Of a stretch of DNA of 64,000 nt, positions 61,701 through 64,000 are shown piece after piece; the stretch's first letter is position 1; the number at the start of each line of letters is the position of its first letter. The notes below the pieces were generated by a model. The model had not been told where the DNA came from. It worked only from the letters and a program-made list of their open reading frames with translations, and made no database searches. The DNA is from Eledone cirrhosa (taxonomy: Eukaryota). The position numbers and the translations under genes were made by a program. The DNA is taken from positions 10,354,001-10,418,000 of the forward strand of contig OZ024740.1 of the NCBI GenBank assembly GCA_964016885.1, read 5' to 3'.

Positions 61701-63442
61701 CAATCCACCACCCTAGCATGGTGTCAGACCCTCTACCGATACTGCAAATCCACCACCCTAGCATGGTGTCCCACCCTCTACCGATACTGCCAATCCACCA
61801 CCCTAGCATGGCGTCCGACCCTCTACCGATACTGCCAATCCACCACCCTAGCATGGTGTCAGACCCTCTACCGATACTGCCAATCCACCACCCTAGCATG
61901 GTGTCCCACCCTCTACCGATACTGCCAATCCACCACCCTAGCATGGCGTCCGACCCTCTACCGATACTGCCAATCCACCACCCTAGCATGGTGTCAGACC
62001 CTCTACCGATACTGCAAATCCACCACCCTAGCATGGTGTCCCACCCTCTACCGATACTGCCAATCCACCACCCTAGCATGGCGTCCGACCCTCTACCGAT
62101 ACTGCCAATCCACCACCCTAGCATGGTGTCAGACCCTCTACCGATACTGCCAATCCACCACCCTAGCATGGTGTCCCACCCTCTACCGATACTGCCAATC
62201 CACCACCCTAGCATGGTGTCAGACCCTCTACCGATACTGCAAATCCACCACCCTAGCATGGTGTCCCACCCTCTTCCGATACTGTCAATCCACCACCCTA
62301 GCATGGTGTCAGACCCTCTACCGATACTGCCAATCCACCACCCTAGCATGGTGACAGACCCTCTACCGATACTGCCAATCCACCACCCTAGCATGGTGTC
62401 AGACCCTCTACCGATACTGCCAATCCACCACCCTAGCATGGTGTCAGACCCTCTACCGATACTGCCAATCCACCACCCTAGCATGGTGTAAGACCCTCTA
62501 CCGATACTGCCAATCCACCACCCTACCATGGTGTCCCACCCTCTAGCGATACTGCCAATCCACCACCCTAGCATGGTGTCAGACCCTCTACCGATACTGC
62601 AAATCCACCACCCTAGCATGGTGTCCCACCCTCTTCCGATACTGCCAATCCACCACCCTAGCATGGTGTCCGACCCTCTACCGATACTGCCAATCCACCA
62701 CCCTAGCATGGTGTCAGACCTTCTACCGATACTGCCAATCCACCACCCTAGCATGGTGTCAGACCCTCTACCGATACTGCCAATCCACCACCCTAGCATG
62801 GTGTCAGACCCTCTACCGATACTGCCAATCCACCACCCTACCATGGTGTCCCACCCTCTACCGATACTGCCAATCCACCACCCTAGCATGGTGTCCCACC
62901 CTCTACCGATACTGCCAATCCACCACCCTAGCATGGTGTCCCACCCTCTACCGATACTGCCAATCCACCACCCTAGCATGGTGTCCGACCCTCTACCGAT
63001 ACTGCCAATCCACCACCCTAGCATGGTGTCAGACCCTCTACCGATACTGCCAATCCACCACCCTAGCATGGTGTCAGACCCTCTACCGATACTGCCAATC
63101 CACCACCCTACCATGGTGTCCCACCCTCTACCGATACTGCCAATCCACCACCCTAGCATGGTGTCCGACCCTCTACCGATACTGCCAATCCACCACCCTA
63201 CCATGGTGTCCCACCCTCTACCGATACTGCCAATCCATCACCCTAGCATGGTGTCAGACCCTCTACCGATACTGCAAATCCACCACCCTAGCATGGTGTC
63301 CCACCCTCTACCGATACTGCCAATCCACCGCCCTAGCATGGTTCGTATATTCCTTTTGCAGTTCATCTAATTCTCCTTTTCAGTGTTCAGTAAGTAGGAT
63401 GATGTAGTCAGGATCACGATACCGTTACATGCCTCGCTGTGC

Positions 63443-63581
<139 letters not shown>

Positions 63582-63675
63582 AAGGAGACAACAAAAAGAG
63601 GTACAAAAAGTCTTATTAGTTTCATGCTTTATATGGAAAAGGGGAAAGAAAGTTTGACGTGTCAGGCTTTAGCCT

Positions 63676-63680
<5 letters not shown>

Positions 63681-63714
<34 letters not shown>
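63681..63714. repeat. (AT)17 microsatellite
   Basis: Pure dinucleotide run read directly from the sequence. Confidence 0.97.
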
Positions 63715-63716
<2 letters not shown>

Positions 63717-63908
63717 CAATAACACAATAGAGAAATCTATCGAACACACTCGTATATAATCCGAGAAATATGTGACAAAATTACGGTCTATGGTAAAATG
63801 GGTGGACTTATATTTGAGGTCAATATTTGGTCGATTAACACCAACTTCAATTTCTACGTAATTAAGGTGCTGAAATGCTTTTTAAAACCTTTTAATACAT
63901 AAATATCC

Positions 63909-63985
63909 CATACACATACACGCAAGAATACACACATACCCACATGCACATGCGCATGCATACATACACGCACGCACCCACGCGC
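63909..63985. repeat. Degenerate CA/CG/TA alternating purine-pyrimidine tract (decayed (CA)n microsatellite)
   Basis: catacacatacacgcaagaatacacacatacccacatgcacatgcgcatgcatacatacacgcacgcacccacgcgc. Confidence 0.8.
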
Positions 63986-64000
63986 CGATTGTTTTTCTCT

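Larger units (their letters stand above)
1..63342 (+). repeat. 45-bp satellite tandem array, about 1408 monomers, single orientation, truncated by the 5' window edge
   Basis: Monomer ATGGTGTCCCACCCTCTACCGATACTGCCAATCCACCACCCTAGC repeats head-to-tail, usually with 0-3 differences per copy. I saw no foreign insertion or inversion. The consensus has 20 C, 10 A, 9 T and 6 G (58% GC, strongly C-skewed). The last full monomer ends at 63337, followed by ATGGT and then unique sequence. Confidence 0.99.

Noticed and set aside
1-63342. CRISPR array
   Set aside because: There are no unique spacers; the monomers abut directly. No cas genes or leader are present, and the flank looks eukaryotic.
1-63342. 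Programmed frameshifting or a variant-cassette diversification system
   Set aside because: The indels are explained by inheritance through duplication and homopolymer slippage. No recombinase, reverse transcriptase or expression locus is in view.
1-63370. All long ORFs on both strands as protein-coding genes (e.g. amelogenin- or extensin-like Pro/His protein)
   Set aside because: They are translations of one 45-bp unit in overlapping frames, with no unique domain or signal peptide. Stops and frameshifts are tolerated and duplicated. The resemblance is only compositional.

Overview
This window holds no credible gene. About 99% of it (1-63342) is one uninterrupted head-to-tail satellite array of a 45-bp monomer, consensus ATGGTGTC[CC/AG/CG]ACCCTCTACCGATACTGCCAATCCACCACCCTAGC. 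I count 1408 monomers before the last ATG at 63338; this fits the phase exactly given the 26 indels I tallied by eye (net -23 bp). The array reaches the 5' edge and probably continues upstream. It ends abruptly in a 660-bp AT-rich flank carrying (AT)n, (AG)n and degenerate CA/RY microsatellites, which looks eukaryotic. The long ORFs arise because the monomer length is a multiple of 3 and three of six frames lack stops; frameshifts and stops are copied along with the repeats. The real information lies in the monomer variants. They reveal nested tandem duplications (about 0.77, 1.5, 2.8, 2.9, 3.5 and 9.7 kb), regional variant domains, a 5'-to-3' indel gradient and a multi-state variable site that toggles a G-tract. 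I cannot support a novel protein-based system here. All counts were made by eye.
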